From NCBI GenBank assembly GCA_036676985.1, contig JAKFBU010000059.1:1-48018 (forward strand): a stretch of 48,018 nucleotides of DNA, in the 5' to 3' direction. Under the pieces are notes generated by a model. That model did not search any database. It had not been told where the DNA came from and worked only from the letters and a program-made list of their open reading frames with translations. The position numbers were made by a program, and so were the translations under genes. This document shows, in pieces, positions 19,034 to 29,417 of the stretch (positions are counted from its first letter, which is position 1; every line of letters begins with the position of its first letter). This DNA is from Candidatus Sericytochromatia bacterium. GTDB lineage: Bacteria; Cyanobacteriota; Sericytochromatia; S15B-MN24; UBA4093.

Positions 19034-21127
19034 CTAGTACGCCTGCAGTATCACCACACTGCGGTCCGTCACCAGGTAGTGCGACTCCTTGATGAGCACT
19101 TCCTTCCCGGGCTCCGCGAAGTCGTCCGGGCTCTCCAGGGCCGTGTCCACCAGGCGCTTCCAGCGCCAACCCAGCGGCAGCTCGAAGCTGAGCGCCTCGG
19201 GCTCCATGTTCAGCATCACGTGGAAGTCATGCACCTCGCCGCCCAAGGTGAAGGCCAGGACCCCGGAGCCCGGGTCCATCATGCCCGGCGCCCCCAGATG
19301 GCAGCCGTGCCACTCGATGTCCCGCACGCCCCGGGCATTGCGCTCGCCCGTGAAGAAGCGCGGCCGGGTGAAGTTGTCGTGGGCCTCGCGGAAGGCGATC
19401 AGCTTGCGCGTGAAGCGCAGGATGTCGGCGTGCCGTTCCACGAGCCTCCAGTCGAACCAGTTGAGCTCGTTGTCGTGGCAGTAGGCGTTGTTGTTGCCAA
19501 ATTGCGTCCGGCGCACCTCGTCGCCCGAGTACAGCATCGGCACGCCCTGCGAGAGCATCAGGATCGCGAGGAAGTTCTTGACCTGGCGGTTGCGCAGGGT
19601 CTCGAGTGCAGGGTCCGGCCCCTCGGTGCCATAGTTGGCGCTCCAGTTGTCGTTGGCGCCGTCCCGGTTGTCCTCGCCGTTCGCGAGGTTGTGCTTCTCG
19701 CTGTAGCTGACCAGGTCATTGAGCGTGAAGCCGTCGTGGCAGGTGACGAAGTTGATGCTGTTGTGCGGAAACCGCTGGTTCGGCTGGTAAATGTCCGAGC
19801 TGCCGGTGATGCGCGAGGCCACCTTGCCGATGAGCCCGCGATCGCCCCGGATGAAGCGACGCACGTCGTCCCGGTACTGGCCGTTCCAGTCGGCCCAGCG
19901 CTTGCCGGGGAAGTAGCCGACCTGGTAGAGGCCCGCGGCGTCCCACGCCTCGGCGATGATCTTGGTGCGCGAGAACTCGTCCGAGAGCTCGATGCCCCAG
20001 ACCACAGGCGGGTTCTGCAGGGGACGCCCGTCCTCGCCCCGCGTGAGGATGGAGGCCAGGTCAAACCGGAAGCCGTCCACGTGCATCTCCGTCACCCAGA
20101 ACGTCAGGCAGTCCATGATGAACTTGTCCACCACCGGGTGGTTGCAGTTCAGCGTGTTGCCACAGCCCGAGAAGTTGCGGTAGTGCTCCGGCTGGCCCGG
20201 CTCCAGGTGATAGTAGATGCTGTTGTCGAGGCCCTTGAAGCTCAGGAGAGGCCCCCAGTGGTCCCCTTCCGACGTGTGGTTGAAGACCACGTCCAGGATG
20301 ACCTCGATGCCCGCCTTGTGCAGGGCCTTGACCATGTCCCGGAACTCGTCGAGCGGATCGGAGCCCTGGGTGGACCGGCAGTAGCCCGGATGCGGCGCGA
20401 AGAAGCTGACGGTACTGTAGCCCCAGTAGTTGGTGAGCAGCTCGCCGGTCTCGGGATGGACCCGCTCGATCTCGGTGGGGTCGAAGGCGAAGACCGGCAA
20501 CAGCTCCACGGCCGTCACGCCCAGGGACTTCAGGTAGGGGATCTTCTCGATCAGGCCTGCGAAGGTGCCGGGATGCTCGACGCCCGAGGTCTGGGAGCGG
20601 GTGAAGCCCCCCACGTGCACCTCGTAGATGACGGTCTCCCGCATGGGGCGGTTGAGGGGGCGATCGCCCTCCCAGTCGTACTGCGACGAGTCCACCACGA
20701 CGCTGCGCATGCCGCACTCGAGCGGGTCGTCGCCGCGCATGTAGCGGGGGCGGTCCCAGAGGGCCATGGACAGGCCGCGGGCATACGGGTCGATGAGCAG
20801 CTTGGTCTTGTCGAAGCGATGGCCCCGGGACAGGTCGAACGGTCCGTCCACCCGGTAGGCGTAGACCGCCCCCGGCGTGAGGCCGCGCACGTAGACGTGC
20901 CAGAACTGGAAGGTCTTGTGCTCCAGGGGATCCAGCGGGATCTCGAGCATCGGCTCGCGGCTCGTCTCCGTCTCGAACAGGAGGAGCGTGACCGCGGTGG
21001 CGTTCTGCGAGAAGAGCGAGAAGTTGACGCCTTCGGCGTCCGGCGTGGCTCCAAGCGGGCTGAAGTGCCCGGCCTCGAGCGAGTAGGTCGTCGCGGGCGA
21101 GGGCGAAAGCCGGTCCAGGATGGGCAT
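19034..21127 (-). CDS. glgX: Glycogen debranching enzyme (isoamylase, GH13)
   Basis: NYWGY, DVVFNH, DGFRFDLAS, AEAWD, NFVTCHDGFTLND, GNNNAYC. Confidence 0.96.
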   Translation of the reverse strand: MPILDRLSPSPATTYSLEAGHFSPLGATPDAEGVNFSLFSQNATAVTLLLFETETSREPMLEIPLDPLEHKTFQFWHVYVRGLTPGAVYAYRVDGPFDLSRGHRFDKTKLLIDPYARGLSMALWDRPRYMRGDDPLECGMRSVVVDSSQYDWEGDRPLNRPMRETVIYEVHVGGFTRSQTSGVEHPGTFAGLIEKIPYLKSLGVTAVELLPVFAFDPTEIERVHPETGELLTNYWGYSTVSFFAPHPGYCRSTQGSDPLDEFRDMVKALHKAGIEVILDVVFNHTSEGDHWGPLLSFKGLDNSIYYHLEPGQPEHYRNFSGCGNTLNCNHPVVDKFIMDCLTFWVTEMHVDGFRFDLASILTRGEDGRPLQNPPVVWGIELSDEFSRTKIIAEAWDAAGLYQVGYFPGKRWADWNGQYRDDVRRFIRGDRGLIGKVASRITGSSDIYQPNQRFPHNSINFVTCHDGFTLNDLVSYSEKHNLANGEDNRDGANDNWSANYGTEGPDPALETLRNRQVKNFLAILMLSQGVPMLYSGDEVRRTQFGNNNAYCHDNELNWFDWRLVERHADILRFTRKLIAFREAHDNFTRPRFFTGERNARGVRDIEWHGCHLGAPGMMDPGSGVLAFTLGGEVHDFHVMLNMEPEALSFELPLGWRWKRLVDTALESPDDFAEPGKEVLIKESHYLVTDRSVVILQAY

Positions 21128-21285
21128 GGTCGTCTCCTGCAGCGGGCGCCGTCACCGGCCTACCGGTGATTGCCCACCCGATTATACTACCCGCCGGGGC
21201 CGGTAATTACGCCCTTTGCGCCCTCAGAGCCAGATCGTCTGCTGGTGAGTGCTTGGCCGTCAGGGCTCGGCGCCATGCAACGCCG

Positions 21286-21312
21286 GACGCCCCCTCGGGT
21301 CGAGGGGGCGTC
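21286..21312 (-). terminator. GC-rich hairpin
   Basis: GACGCCCCCTCG-ggt-CGAGGGGGCGTC just downstream of the small ORF. Confidence 0.6.
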
Positions 21313-21327
21313 TCGGGCACGGGCGGA

Positions 21328-21543
21328 TCAGCCCTGGAACGGCTCGTGGAGGGGCGCGACCGTCTCGGGGTCGCGGTGGGTGCGATCGCGCTCCGCGTCC
21401 GTCATGACCGGGCCGCCGGGGATCCGCGGGCGCGGCGAAAGCTGCTGCTGGAGCTGCCGGAGACGCGCGTCGCCTTCTTCGAGGCCGCGCGCCTGCTGCT
21501 CGCGCCACTCCGCGCGTTCCTCCAACGGAGTCTTGTCTGCCAT
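21328..21543 (-). CDS. Small hydrophilic hypothetical protein (71 aa)
   Basis: AAGGAGG RBS before MADKTPLEE; followed by hairpin. Confidence 0.7.
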   Translation of the reverse strand: MADKTPLEERAEWREQQARGLEEGDARLRQLQQQLSPRPRIPGGPVMTDAERDRTHRDPETVAPLHEPFQG

Positions 21544-21676
21544 GGGGCACCTCCTTCTCGAGCCTATCGTTTCTCCGGGCCGCGCCCCCTGCAAGGCCTG
21601 ATGGAGGGCTCATGAGCGAGGGGGCTTGGCTTGAGGCGACGGCCCGACGGCCTATACTGGGGCGACGGAGGTGGCC

Positions 21677-22732
21677 ATGAGCGATCCGCAAGCCCGCTGG
21701 TGGCGCCGCATGGGCGACAAGAAGCGCGGTTTTTGGTACGAGGACGCCCAGGGACGGCGGCTGACGTCGCCTTCCGCCTTGGCGCGCATCGCGGCCCTCA
21801 AGATCCCCCCGGCCTGGACGGACGTCCGCATCGCGCCGTCGAGCCGCGGGAAGCTGCAGGCGACGGGCTTCGACACCAAGGGCCGCAAGCAGTATCGCTA
21901 CCATGCGGACTGGGTCGAGCAGCAATCGGCGGCCAAGTTCCGGAAGCTCGTCGACTTCGTGCGGCATCTGCCGGAGTTCCGGGCCGCGACCTCCGAGCAC
22001 CTGGAGCGCAGCGAGCTGGGTCGGGAGAAGGTGCTCGCCCTGGTCAGCCGGCTCATCACCGAGGGGTGCTTCCGGATCGGCGGCGAGCGCTATGCGCGCG
22101 AGAACCAGAGCTTCGGGATCGCGACGCTGGGCGTGGAGCATGTGAGCGTGAGCGAGTGCTGCCTCGAGTTCTCCTTCAAGGGCAAGCGCGGGGTCGAGCA
22201 GGCCAAGGTGATCTGCGACGAGGGCCTGGCCGCGCTCATGGGCGAGCTGTTGCGGCTGCCGGGCGAGCGGTTGTTCAAGTATCCGAAGGCGGACGGGGCG
22301 ATCGCGCATGTGAGCGACCGCGAGGTCAACGCGTACCTGAAGGAGGTCATGGGCGAGCGGTTCAGCGCCAAGGACTTCCGGACCTGGGGCGGCACCCTGC
22401 TCGCGGCGCGTATCCTGGCCGAGCGCGGCCCGGCGCCGGACGCCAAGGCCTGCAAGAAGGCCATCACGGAGTGCGTGAAGGAGGTCAGCCGGTACCTGGG
22501 CAACACGCCCGCGGTGGCGCGGGCGAGCTACATCGCGCCGGTGGTGTTCAGCTGCTACGAGCGGGGCGTGACGCTGCAGGACTTCGCGCCAAGGGGCAAG
22601 CGGGTGCTGTCGTTGAAGGAGCAGGGGTACACGGCCGAGGAGTACGAGCTGATGCGGATGCTGAGCATCGAGTCGGAGCCCGAAGGGCTCAAGGTGGCGT
22701 TCTGGCGGGAGGCTGAGCGGACGACTGCTTGA
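21677..22732 (+). CDS. Bacterial (poxvirus-like) DNA topoisomerase IB
   Basis: IPPAWTDV, GRKQYRYH, FRIG, FKGK, KDFRTW, LGNTP, ARASY catalytic Tyr. Confidence 0.95.
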   Translation: MSDPQARWWRRMGDKKRGFWYEDAQGRRLTSPSALARIAALKIPPAWTDVRIAPSSRGKLQATGFDTKGRKQYRYHADWVEQQSAAKFRKLVDFVRHLPEFRAATSEHLERSELGREKVLALVSRLITEGCFRIGGERYARENQSFGIATLGVEHVSVSECCLEFSFKGKRGVEQAKVICDEGLAALMGELLRLPGERLFKYPKADGAIAHVSDREVNAYLKEVMGERFSAKDFRTWGGTLLAARILAERGPAPDAKACKKAITECVKEVSRYLGNTPAVARASYIAPVVFSCYERGVTLQDFAPRGKRVLSLKEQGYTAEEYELMRMLSIESEPEGLKVAFWREAERTTA

Positions 22733-22742
22733 ATAACAAGGA

Positions 22743-22886
22743 GGACCCCCCCTAACCCCCCCTCTAGAGGGGGGGAAGCTCTTGGGAGGGGTTGCTACAC
22801 CCTGATCGGTTGGAGTCACCTTGCTTTCCACCCACCCATGATCGGCACACCCCCCCTCTAGAGGGGGGGGCTGGGGGGGTACTCCT
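22743..22886. repeat. REP-like inverted pair of C-run/TCTAGA/G-run palindromes
   Basis: CCCCCCTAACCCCCCCTCTAGAGGGGGG and an inverted copy about 100 bp away, between convergent genes. Confidence 0.75.
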
Positions 22887-22893
22887 TAAAAAA

Positions 22894-25122
22894 CTAGATC
22901 GTCAGCCGCACCACCGGCTCTTCATCCGCCCGGAAGCTCGTCTTCGGTATCACCAAAAGCTTGTTCTTGTACTTGAACGACCGTCCCGGCAACACGCGAT
23001 CGCCGATCCGCACGGACTTCGGCCAGTGCGCCACGTAGGCCGCGAAGTCCCCGGCCTCCTCCAGCCCGATGCTCACCTCGCGCCCGTCACGCACGACCTC
23101 CCGGACGCCCGCGGGACCCAGGTACTTGTCCACGAGCCCGAACACCGCCAGGTGCTCCGCCACGGGCACCAGCGTGTACAGCTCCGCGCCGTACTCCCCG
23201 AGCGTCACCGGCAGCTCGCGCTTCGCGTCCAGGACCCGCACCCGCCCCGAGCTCCGCTCGTACACCGCCACGCTCGACGTGGCCCCGAGCTCCGCATCCG
23301 CAAGGCTCAGGCGTCCTGTCACCTCGCGGGCCGACTTGTTCACGTTGAAGGCCCCCACCACCCCGGCCGTGAGTCCGGGGCGCGAGATCCGGCCCGCAAT
23401 CTTGAGGGGCGCCGGCACGAGCCCCGTGTCCACCAACAACGTGTCCCGGGTGACCTGGCCCGGAGCATCCAGCATCAGGAGCCGCCCCGACGAGAGCATC
23501 AGCCGCCGGAGCAAGTCGGCATTCTCCTTGCCCGCCTCGTCTGCCACGTAGACGGGGCCGCCGCTGACCGCGCGGGCGATCGCCTGGTACTCCGCCTGCG
23601 GCAGGTTCGACTGGAACATGTCGAAGTCCGGATAGGCGAAGTTCGAGGCCCAGAAGGAGTTGTAGGCGTTCTGGAAGACATGCTCCTTGTTCGTCCAGGG
23701 CTCCTCCGGCACGAAGTCGTTGCTCGTGCGCACCAGGTTGGAATGCCGCCAGTTATAGGCATTCTCGACGGTCATGGACATGCAGTTCAGGAAGTTGAGG
23801 CTGTCGTCCGTGCCCCGGAAGTGCTGGACGGCGGCCTCCTGGATGCTCTTCTGCGTGCCCTCGGCCGAGCTGAAGAGCGGCATCAGCCCGTTGGTGAAGC
23901 GGGCGTTGTTCGCCTGGCCGTCCACCTTCACGAAGTCGATGCCCTGGTGGCGCAGGTCCCGGTACCAGTCGGCGTAGAAGCTCTTGCCCGCCGCCTCGCG
24001 GGGATCCGGCAGGTACTCCCGGTCCTGGCCTTCAAACAGCGGGTACGCGGCTCCCAGCGAGCTCGAGGCATCCACGCCCGACCAGTAGCCTTGCAGGGCA
24101 TGCCAGACGCCCACGTGCGGGACGCCATACTCCCAGCGCAGGGTGGACGTGAGCCAACCGAGACCCCGGGAGAACTTGCGGGCATCCGCCCCGAAGCCCG
24201 CGAGCTTCCGGGCCTGGACCGTGAGCCAGCCGTCGTCGATGAGCATGAAGCCCACGGGGATCTGCTTGGCCTTGAACGACTTGGCCGAGCGAACGATGTC
24301 CTGCTCCGTGACCTTGTCATAGTAGGCGTTCCACGAGCACCATCCGAACGACCGGAAGACCTCCGGGTACGGCTTGTCCTCACGCAGGCGCCCGTAGAAC
24401 CGGCCCTCGCCAAAGGCCGCGCGGTAGGCGTCCTGCGTCAGCCGGTAAGGGTCGTCTCCCGAGGCGAAGGCGAAGAGCGGCACGTGCCGGGGCGTGCTCG
24501 GCGCCTGACCGGAGAGCGTCACGCCGAAGCGCAGGTTGTGCTTGCCGACCTCGCCGACCATCCCATCGCCCGCCAGGGGCACGAGCAGCTGGTAGTCCTC
24601 GTCTTCGAGCTGCTGCCACAGGACCATGACGTTGGACTCGGGCAACAGGCGGTAGTCCGAGGCGAAGGAGGGCCCCGTCCAGTAGGGGTTGTAGCGCTGG
24701 ATGGCCATGCCCCGAGCGTAACGGGGCAGGCTCATGGTCACCTGCAGGCTGTCCTTGCTCGCGAGAGCCGGGCCCTGGTAGTCCAGGGACGCGAGCGTCA
24801 CGCCCCCCGTGTGGTAGCGCTTGAGGTACAGATCGGCCTCGAGGGTCGGGCTGCCGGAGGCCTCGGGGGAGGCGGGCTGCAAGCGGTAGTGGTAGCGATC
24901 GAAGGGGCCCGTCAGGTCCTTGCCGGACTCGCGCCCGGCGTACTGGAGCTCGCGCTCGACCAGGGACTCCCGGCCCTGCAGGCTGAAGCGCATCTTCAAC
25001 AGGGCGAGCCCGTCGTTCGACAGGGCCTTGAGGGCGTCCGCCTCGCCCCCCTCGCGCGCGACGGCACGGGCGGGGGACAGCAAGAGCGCAAGGGAAAGCG
25101 CCAAGAGCGCGGCGTATCGCAT
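22894..25122 (-). CDS. Exported Sip1/raffinose-synthase-type alpha-galactosidase (GH36)
   Basis: GWCSWNAYY, IDDGW, WHALQGYW, FVKVDGQ, NCMS, PDFDMF, GGPVYVAD; signal peptide. Confidence 0.9.
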   Translation of the reverse strand: MRYAALLALSLALLLSPARAVAREGGEADALKALSNDGLALLKMRFSLQGRESLVERELQYAGRESGKDLTGPFDRYHYRLQPASPEASGSPTLEADLYLKRYHTGGVTLASLDYQGPALASKDSLQVTMSLPRYARGMAIQRYNPYWTGPSFASDYRLLPESNVMVLWQQLEDEDYQLLVPLAGDGMVGEVGKHNLRFGVTLSGQAPSTPRHVPLFAFASGDDPYRLTQDAYRAAFGEGRFYGRLREDKPYPEVFRSFGWCSWNAYYDKVTEQDIVRSAKSFKAKQIPVGFMLIDDGWLTVQARKLAGFGADARKFSRGLGWLTSTLRWEYGVPHVGVWHALQGYWSGVDASSSLGAAYPLFEGQDREYLPDPREAAGKSFYADWYRDLRHQGIDFVKVDGQANNARFTNGLMPLFSSAEGTQKSIQEAAVQHFRGTDDSLNFLNCMSMTVENAYNWRHSNLVRTSNDFVPEEPWTNKEHVFQNAYNSFWASNFAYPDFDMFQSNLPQAEYQAIARAVSGGPVYVADEAGKENADLLRRLMLSSGRLLMLDAPGQVTRDTLLVDTGLVPAPLKIAGRISRPGLTAGVVGAFNVNKSAREVTGRLSLADAELGATSSVAVYERSSGRVRVLDAKRELPVTLGEYGAELYTLVPVAEHLAVFGLVDKYLGPAGVREVVRDGREVSIGLEEAGDFAAYVAHWPKSVRIGDRVLPGRSFKYKNKLLVIPKTSFRADEEPVVRLTI

Positions 25123-25184
25123 GGGACCTCCAGGCAAACGGTCGGTTGCCTGGCGATCCATACCCCCGCCCCCAGGAGCCGAAA

Positions 25185-25218
25185 CGCTCAGGGAGCGCCG
25201 TTCGGCGCTCCCTGAGCG
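25185..25218 (-). terminator. Hairpin after the chemoreceptor gene
   Basis: CGCTCAGGGAGCGCCG-tt-CGGCGCTCCCTGAGCG. Confidence 0.65.
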
Positions 25219-25232
25219 GGAAGAAGCCCGCG

Positions 25233-27026
25233 CTAGCGCAGGGCCAGGACCGGCGGCCGGGCGGGAACGAGCTGCCTGGCAGCGTCCGGCTCGGTCGAGC
25301 GGAACGAGGCCACCGCCTGCCCGAGGCTCTCGGTCTGGCGCTGCAGCTCGTCGGATACCGCCGCGATGCTTTCGACGGCCAGGACCACCTCACGGCAGCC
25401 GTCCTTCTGCTCGGTGGTCATGGAGGCGACCTGGCGCGTCAGACGGTTCATGGACTCGATGGCCTGGATGATCTGCTCGCTGCCGATGGCCTGCTCGCGG
25501 GCGGCCATGGACACCTGGTGCGTCAGGGTGTTCATCTGGTCGGTCGCCTGGTTGATCTGCCCGGCGGCGCTGGACTGCTCCTTGGCCGCCTGGTTGATCT
25601 GGCCGATGAGCTCGCTGACCTGCTTGACCGACGTGACGATGGCCTGCAGCGAGTCGCCGGCGCCCTGGGCGAGGGTCATGCCCTTGCGGATCGCATCGTC
25701 GCCCTGGCGGGTGGCCGCGATCGTCTCGGCCGTCTCCTTCTGGATGCCCTTGATGAGGCTCGCGATCTCGCCGGTGGCCTTGGCCGAGCGCTCGGCGAGC
25801 TTGCGCACCTCGTCGGCGACCACCGCGAAGCCGCGGCCCGCCTCGCCGGCCCGCGCGGCCTCGATGGCGGCGTTGAGGGCCAGGAGGTTGGTCTGCTCGG
25901 CGATGTCATCGATGACCTCGATGATGTTGCCGATCTCCTCCGAACTCTTGCCGAGGCCCTGGATGCCGCCCACCACCTTCTCCATGGCGCGGGTGATCTG
26001 CCCCATGCCCTCGATGGTCTCGGTGACCGCCCGGCGCCCGCCCTCGGCGGCATCGGCCGAGCTCTTCACCACCAGGGTGGCCTCGCTGACGTTCATGGCG
26101 ACCTGCTGGATGCTCGCCGTCATCTGCTCGATCGAGGCGCTCGTCTGGTTGACGGCCGACGCCAGGTTGTCGGCATTGCCCGCCACCTGGCGAATGCTCG
26201 CCGCCACCTCGCCGATGGAGCTGCTGGACTGCTCGACGCTCGCCGCGAGGGACTGCACGTTGCCCGCGACCTGCTCGACGGAACTTGCCATGGTGTGCAT
26301 GGTCTCGGTGACGCGATCGCTCGCCTTGCCGAGGCGCAGGCTGTTGTCGCCGAGCGATCGGCTGGCACGGATCGTCTCGCTGAGCGACCCCTTCACGACC
26401 GACTTGAGCTCGGGGTAGTACTCGGAGAGGTCGTGGTCCGGGTTGGTGACGCGGATGCTTGCGAGATCCAGGCCGATCGACTCCAGGTAGTCGTAGAAGA
26501 AGGCGTCCGTGACCGCCTGCATGTCGTAGTTGAAGACCGCGAGGATCGCCCGCTCGGCCTTGGCCCGGAAGAAGGGACGGTGCGGAAAGCTCTTCCGGAG
26601 GTAGGCGCGCACCAGGTCGAAGTACGTGGTGTAGCTGCCCATGTACCACTTCAGGGGCAGGTTGATGGCGTTGTGAAGCTTGCCGACGTGCAGGCGCTTG
26701 TCGAAGTAGTCGGTGCCGAAGCGTCCGCTCTCGGCGGCCTCGGCGAAGATCTGCCGGAAGTAGCCGGCCTGCGCCTTTTCGAGGTGGGCCCGCAGCTGCG
26801 CGACGCTGTTGCCGCGTCGGCGTGCCTGACCGCCGAAGTACTCGAGGGTGGGCGGGAAGGTGAACTGGTGCTCGTAAAACTCCTGTGCCAGATCGTCGGC
26901 GATACGGTCGGCCCACGTCGCCAAGGAGGCGAGTACGCGGATGTCCTTGTCGTCGAGGCGCAAGAATTGCTTGCGGAGCGCCAGGTTCTGCTCGTTGAGG
27001 CGATATTTGCTGGTCAGTCGTTCCAT
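25233..27026 (-). CDS. Soluble globin-coupled methyl-accepting chemotaxis protein (HemAT-like)
   Basis: N-terminal sensor globin (FYEH, VGKLH); MCP tip [35 protein letters not shown]; no TM segment. Confidence 0.92.
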   Translation of the reverse strand: MERLTSKYRLNEQNLALRKQFLRLDDKDIRVLASLATWADRIADDLAQEFYEHQFTFPPTLEYFGGQARRRGNSVAQLRAHLEKAQAGYFRQIFAEAAESGRFGTDYFDKRLHVGKLHNAINLPLKWYMGSYTTYFDLVRAYLRKSFPHRPFFRAKAERAILAVFNYDMQAVTDAFFYDYLESIGLDLASIRVTNPDHDLSEYYPELKSVVKGSLSETIRASRSLGDNSLRLGKASDRVTETMHTMASSVEQVAGNVQSLAASVEQSSSSIGEVAASIRQVAGNADNLASAVNQTSASIEQMTASIQQVAMNVSEATLVVKSSADAAEGGRRAVTETIEGMGQITRAMEKVVGGIQGLGKSSEEIGNIIEVIDDIAEQTNLLALNAAIEAARAGEAGRGFAVVADEVRKLAERSAKATGEIASLIKGIQKETAETIAATRQGDDAIRKGMTLAQGAGDSLQAIVTSVKQVSELIGQINQAAKEQSSAAGQINQATDQMNTLTHQVSMAAREQAIGSEQIIQAIESMNRLTRQVASMTTEQKDGCREVVLAVESIAAVSDELQRQTESLGQAVASFRSTEPDAARQLVPARPPVLALR

Positions 27027-27252
27027 CGGATACCTCGCTGGGATGAGGGCTCGGCCCGGTGTGGGGACTTCGTGAGTAACTCACGACACGCATACGGATC
27101 GGTTTTTTGGGGGTCGATCTTGGCCATCGTACTGCGCCCAGGCTGAATTTTCGCTGAATATGGCGAGGACTCTCTAAACGCAGGAAAAGTCGGGACATTT
27201 GTCACTGACATGAGTTAATGTTGGAAGCGCTTCGCTTTTCGAGGGGGAGCCG

Positions 27253-27286
27253 CAGGCCCCGCTCCGGTCGTCCGGAGCGGGGCCTG
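27253..27286 (-). terminator. Hairpin after the GH13 gene
   Basis: CAGGCCCCGCTCCGG-tcgt-CCGGAGCGGGGCCTG. Confidence 0.65.
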
Positions 27287-27307
27287 GGGGGTCGAGACGA
27301 TCGGCGG

Positions 27308-29356
27308 CTAGCGTTCCTGGAGGACGATGCCGCTCATGGCGGGCAGCAGCCGGCCCAGCTGCCGGGGGTACAGGGGCGTGGTTCTGCCCGGCAGGGTCTT
27401 GAGATCGAAGGGGGTCAGGCCCGCGTTGATGACGACCATGACCTTGTCCTTGCCAGAGAAGCGCCGGAAGGCGTAGACCTTGGTGGCCGGCAGGTTGAGA
27501 CGCTCGAAGCCGCCGGACTTGAGGGCCGGGTGCTCTTTTCGCAGGCGGATGAGGGCTTGGTAGTGCGCGAGCGTCCGCTGGTCCTGCCGTCGGGGCTCCC
27601 AGATCATGGGGCGGCGGTTGTCGGGGTCCGCGCCGCCCGTCATGCCGATCTCGTCCCCGTAGTAGATGACGGGCATGCCGGGATACGTCAGCTGCATGAG
27701 GGCCGCGAGCTGCAGCTTGGCCTTGTCGCCCTTGGCGGCGTTCAAGAAGCGCTCGGTGTCATGGCTGCCCAGGAGGTTGAAGAGCACGTGCTCGACCTGG
27801 TCGCCGTAGTCGGCCCGCACCTGGTCGAGGGCATCGCCGAAGGCCTTGGCGTCGAGCTTCTCGTAGGCGATGAAGTCCAGGAGCGCCGTGCGGAAGCGGT
27901 AGTTCATGACGCTGTCGAAGTTGTCGCCCTTGAGCCAGGGGCTGCCGTCGGCCCAGATCTCGCCGACGATGAGGGCGTCCGAGCGCTTGTCCCGCACGGC
28001 CCTGCGGAACTCGCCCCAGAAGGGTCGAGGCACCTCGTTGGGGACATCGAGCCGCCAGGCGTCCGCGAGGTCCGGCGAGAGCCAGTGCCGGGCCGCGTCC
28101 AGGAGGTGCGCGCGCACGTCGGGGTTGGCGTTGTTGAGCTGCGGCAGGTGAGAGAAGCCCCACCATGCCTTGTAGTTCGGCTTGGGCTCCTGGACCACCG
28201 GGAAGCCCTCGAACATGTACCAGTTCCACGTGGGGCTCGAGGGGCCCTTCTCCATGGCGTCCTTGAAGGCGGCGAAGCCCGTGCCCGTGTGGTTGAAGAC
28301 CCCGTCGAGCATGACCTTCATGCCGGAGTCGTGCATGGCCTGGGAGAGCCGGCGGAAGTCCTCGTTGGTCCCGAACTGCGGGTCGATCCGCATGTAGTCC
28401 CAGGTGTCGTACTTGTGATTCGAGCCCGCTGCGAACAGCGGGTTGAAGTAGACCCCCTCGATTCCGAGGGCCTTGAGGTGTTCGAGGTGCGCCATCACGC
28501 CCGCGAGGTCCCCGCCGAAGTGGTTGTAGATCCCGGGCTTGCCGCCCCAGGCCTCGACCCCCGCGGGGTCGTTCTCAGGGTTGCCGTTGGCGAAGCGCTC
28601 GGGGAAGATCTGGTAGAAGACCGATCCCTTGGCCCAATCGGGCGTGGTGAAGGCGGGCGTCTTCTGCCAGTCCCAGAAGAAGGGAGCGGTGGGAGCCTTT
28701 GCGAGGCCCCGGGCCCCGTAGAAGTGGCCGCCCTTCTTGTCCTCGAGCCAGAAGCCGTAGCGCAAGGGGCCCCCGTCGGCCTGCAGCGAGGCGCGGTAGT
28801 AGTCGCCCGCGGGGGTTGTCGCGAAGCGCGACATGGGCGTGCGCTGCCAGCGGCCCGCCGCCTGGACCATGAGGGTGGCGTGCTTGAGGTCTCCCGGTCG
28901 CGTCGCGATGCGCAGGCTGAGGCTCCGCTCGCCGAGCCGGTTCTGGAAGGGCATCTCCGGGCGGTGCCGGAGCTCGCGGACGTCGAGCTGGCCCATGGGC
29001 GTCACGGGCCCCTTGAGCTTCGCCGACTCGAGGCGCAGGAGGCCGTTCTTGCCTCCGAAGCCGTCGTCGCCCGTCGCTGGCGCGTTGGGATCCGTCACGT
29101 ACTCGCTGCCGTTGACGACGAACTTGTAGGAGTGCTCGCCGGGTGCAAGGTCCACGGTGACTGTCCAGCGCCCGTTCTTGAACTCCATCGGGTGGGCGCT
29201 CTTGTCCCACTGGTTGAAGGAGCCGACCAGGGACACGGACTGGGCCGTGGTCGGGGGCATGTACTGGAACGTGTGCCGGAGCTGGGCGGCGGCCGGCTGG
29301 GCGGCCAGGACGACGATCGCGAGAACGGGGGCGGCTACCTTGAGGTTCAAGCGCAA
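27308..29356 (-). CDS. Exported GH13 neopullulanase/cyclomaltodextrinase-like enzyme with N-terminal CBM48-like domain
   Basis: Signal peptide; GSFNQW..YKFVVNG CBM; YQIFPERF, DGVFNH, WRLDV, GEIW, SHDT. Confidence 0.92.
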   Translation of the reverse strand: MRLNLKVAAPVLAIVVLAAQPAAAQLRHTFQYMPPTTAQSVSLVGSFNQWDKSAHPMEFKNGRWTVTVDLAPGEHSYKFVVNGSEYVTDPNAPATGDDGFGGKNGLLRLESAKLKGPVTPMGQLDVRELRHRPEMPFQNRLGERSLSLRIATRPGDLKHATLMVQAAGRWQRTPMSRFATTPAGDYYRASLQADGGPLRYGFWLEDKKGGHFYGARGLAKAPTAPFFWDWQKTPAFTTPDWAKGSVFYQIFPERFANGNPENDPAGVEAWGGKPGIYNHFGGDLAGVMAHLEHLKALGIEGVYFNPLFAAGSNHKYDTWDYMRIDPQFGTNEDFRRLSQAMHDSGMKVMLDGVFNHTGTGFAAFKDAMEKGPSSPTWNWYMFEGFPVVQEPKPNYKAWWGFSHLPQLNNANPDVRAHLLDAARHWLSPDLADAWRLDVPNEVPRPFWGEFRRAVRDKRSDALIVGEIWADGSPWLKGDNFDSVMNYRFRTALLDFIAYEKLDAKAFGDALDQVRADYGDQVEHVLFNLLGSHDTERFLNAAKGDKAKLQLAALMQLTYPGMPVIYYGDEIGMTGGADPDNRRPMIWEPRRQDQRTLAHYQALIRLRKEHPALKSGGFERLNLPATKVYAFRRFSGKDKVMVVINAGLTPFDLKTLPGRTTPLYPRQLGRLLPAMSGIVLQER

Positions 29357-29362
29357 ACTCCT

Positions 29363-29390
29363 CTATGACGGCCTTGCGAGGCCATCATAG
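29363..29390 (-). other. GCAA-tetraloop hairpin abutting the GH13 RBS
   Basis: On - strand CTATGATGGCCTC-GCAA-GGCCGTCATAG immediately followed by AGGAG. Confidence 0.5.
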
Positions 29391-29417
29391 CATCGTCGGG
29401 CGCTCGGGGCGATCCGG

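Noticed and set aside
21677-22732. Tyrosine recombinase or mobile element
   Set aside because: Motifs are those of bacterial topoisomerase IB; no att sites or cargo are evident.
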